Shown here in pieces: positions 25,196 through 25,209 of a stretch of DNA of 25,209 bases. Within the stretch, counting starts at the first letter, position 1. Every line of letters starts with the position of its first letter. The stretch comes from Armatimonadota bacterium (GTDB taxonomy: Bacteria; Armatimonadota; SYMT01): positions 5,996 through 31,204 of the forward strand of contig JBKBRF010000001.1 in assembly GCA_046292385.1 (NCBI GenBank). Reading direction: 5' to 3'. The notes under the pieces are model-generated. The model saw only the letters and a program-made list of their open reading frames with translations, ran no database searches and had not been told where the DNA came from. The translations under genes and the position numbers were made by a program.

Positions 25196-25209
25196 CGTCG
25201 GACTAAAAG

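Overview
High-GC bacterial DNA. The combination of a UBact-type modifier, an SLH protein, DUF1501/DUF1549-1553 genes and HAF repeats suggests Armatimonadota or a similar lineage (inference only). From left to right the window holds: a hybrid sensor kinase with a NarL-type response regulator; three small orphan ORFs at the 3' end of tRNA-Asp(GTC); a TPR + methyltransferase + two ABC-2-like permease run, where one permease is fused to a thioredoxin fold lacking CxxC; a Planctomycete-type cytochrome c/DUF1549/DUF1553 - Tat/SLH protein - DUF1501 operon; a HAF-repeat protein; a minus-strand prokaryotic ubiquitin-like/proteasome operon (sirC-like, dop, ubact ending RSGE, prcB, prcA, uma2, pafA, with no ARC/Mpa ATPase in the window); a ~600-bp hairpin-rich intergenic region; and a secreted six-Ig-repeat protein. 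The least explained signal is a set of palindromic elements built from inverted 7- or 8-mer tandem arrays. Three related copies punctuate the proteasome operon, two arrays supply gene stop codons, and one sits in frame inside a DUF1553 domain. All calls are by eye; no database searches were run.
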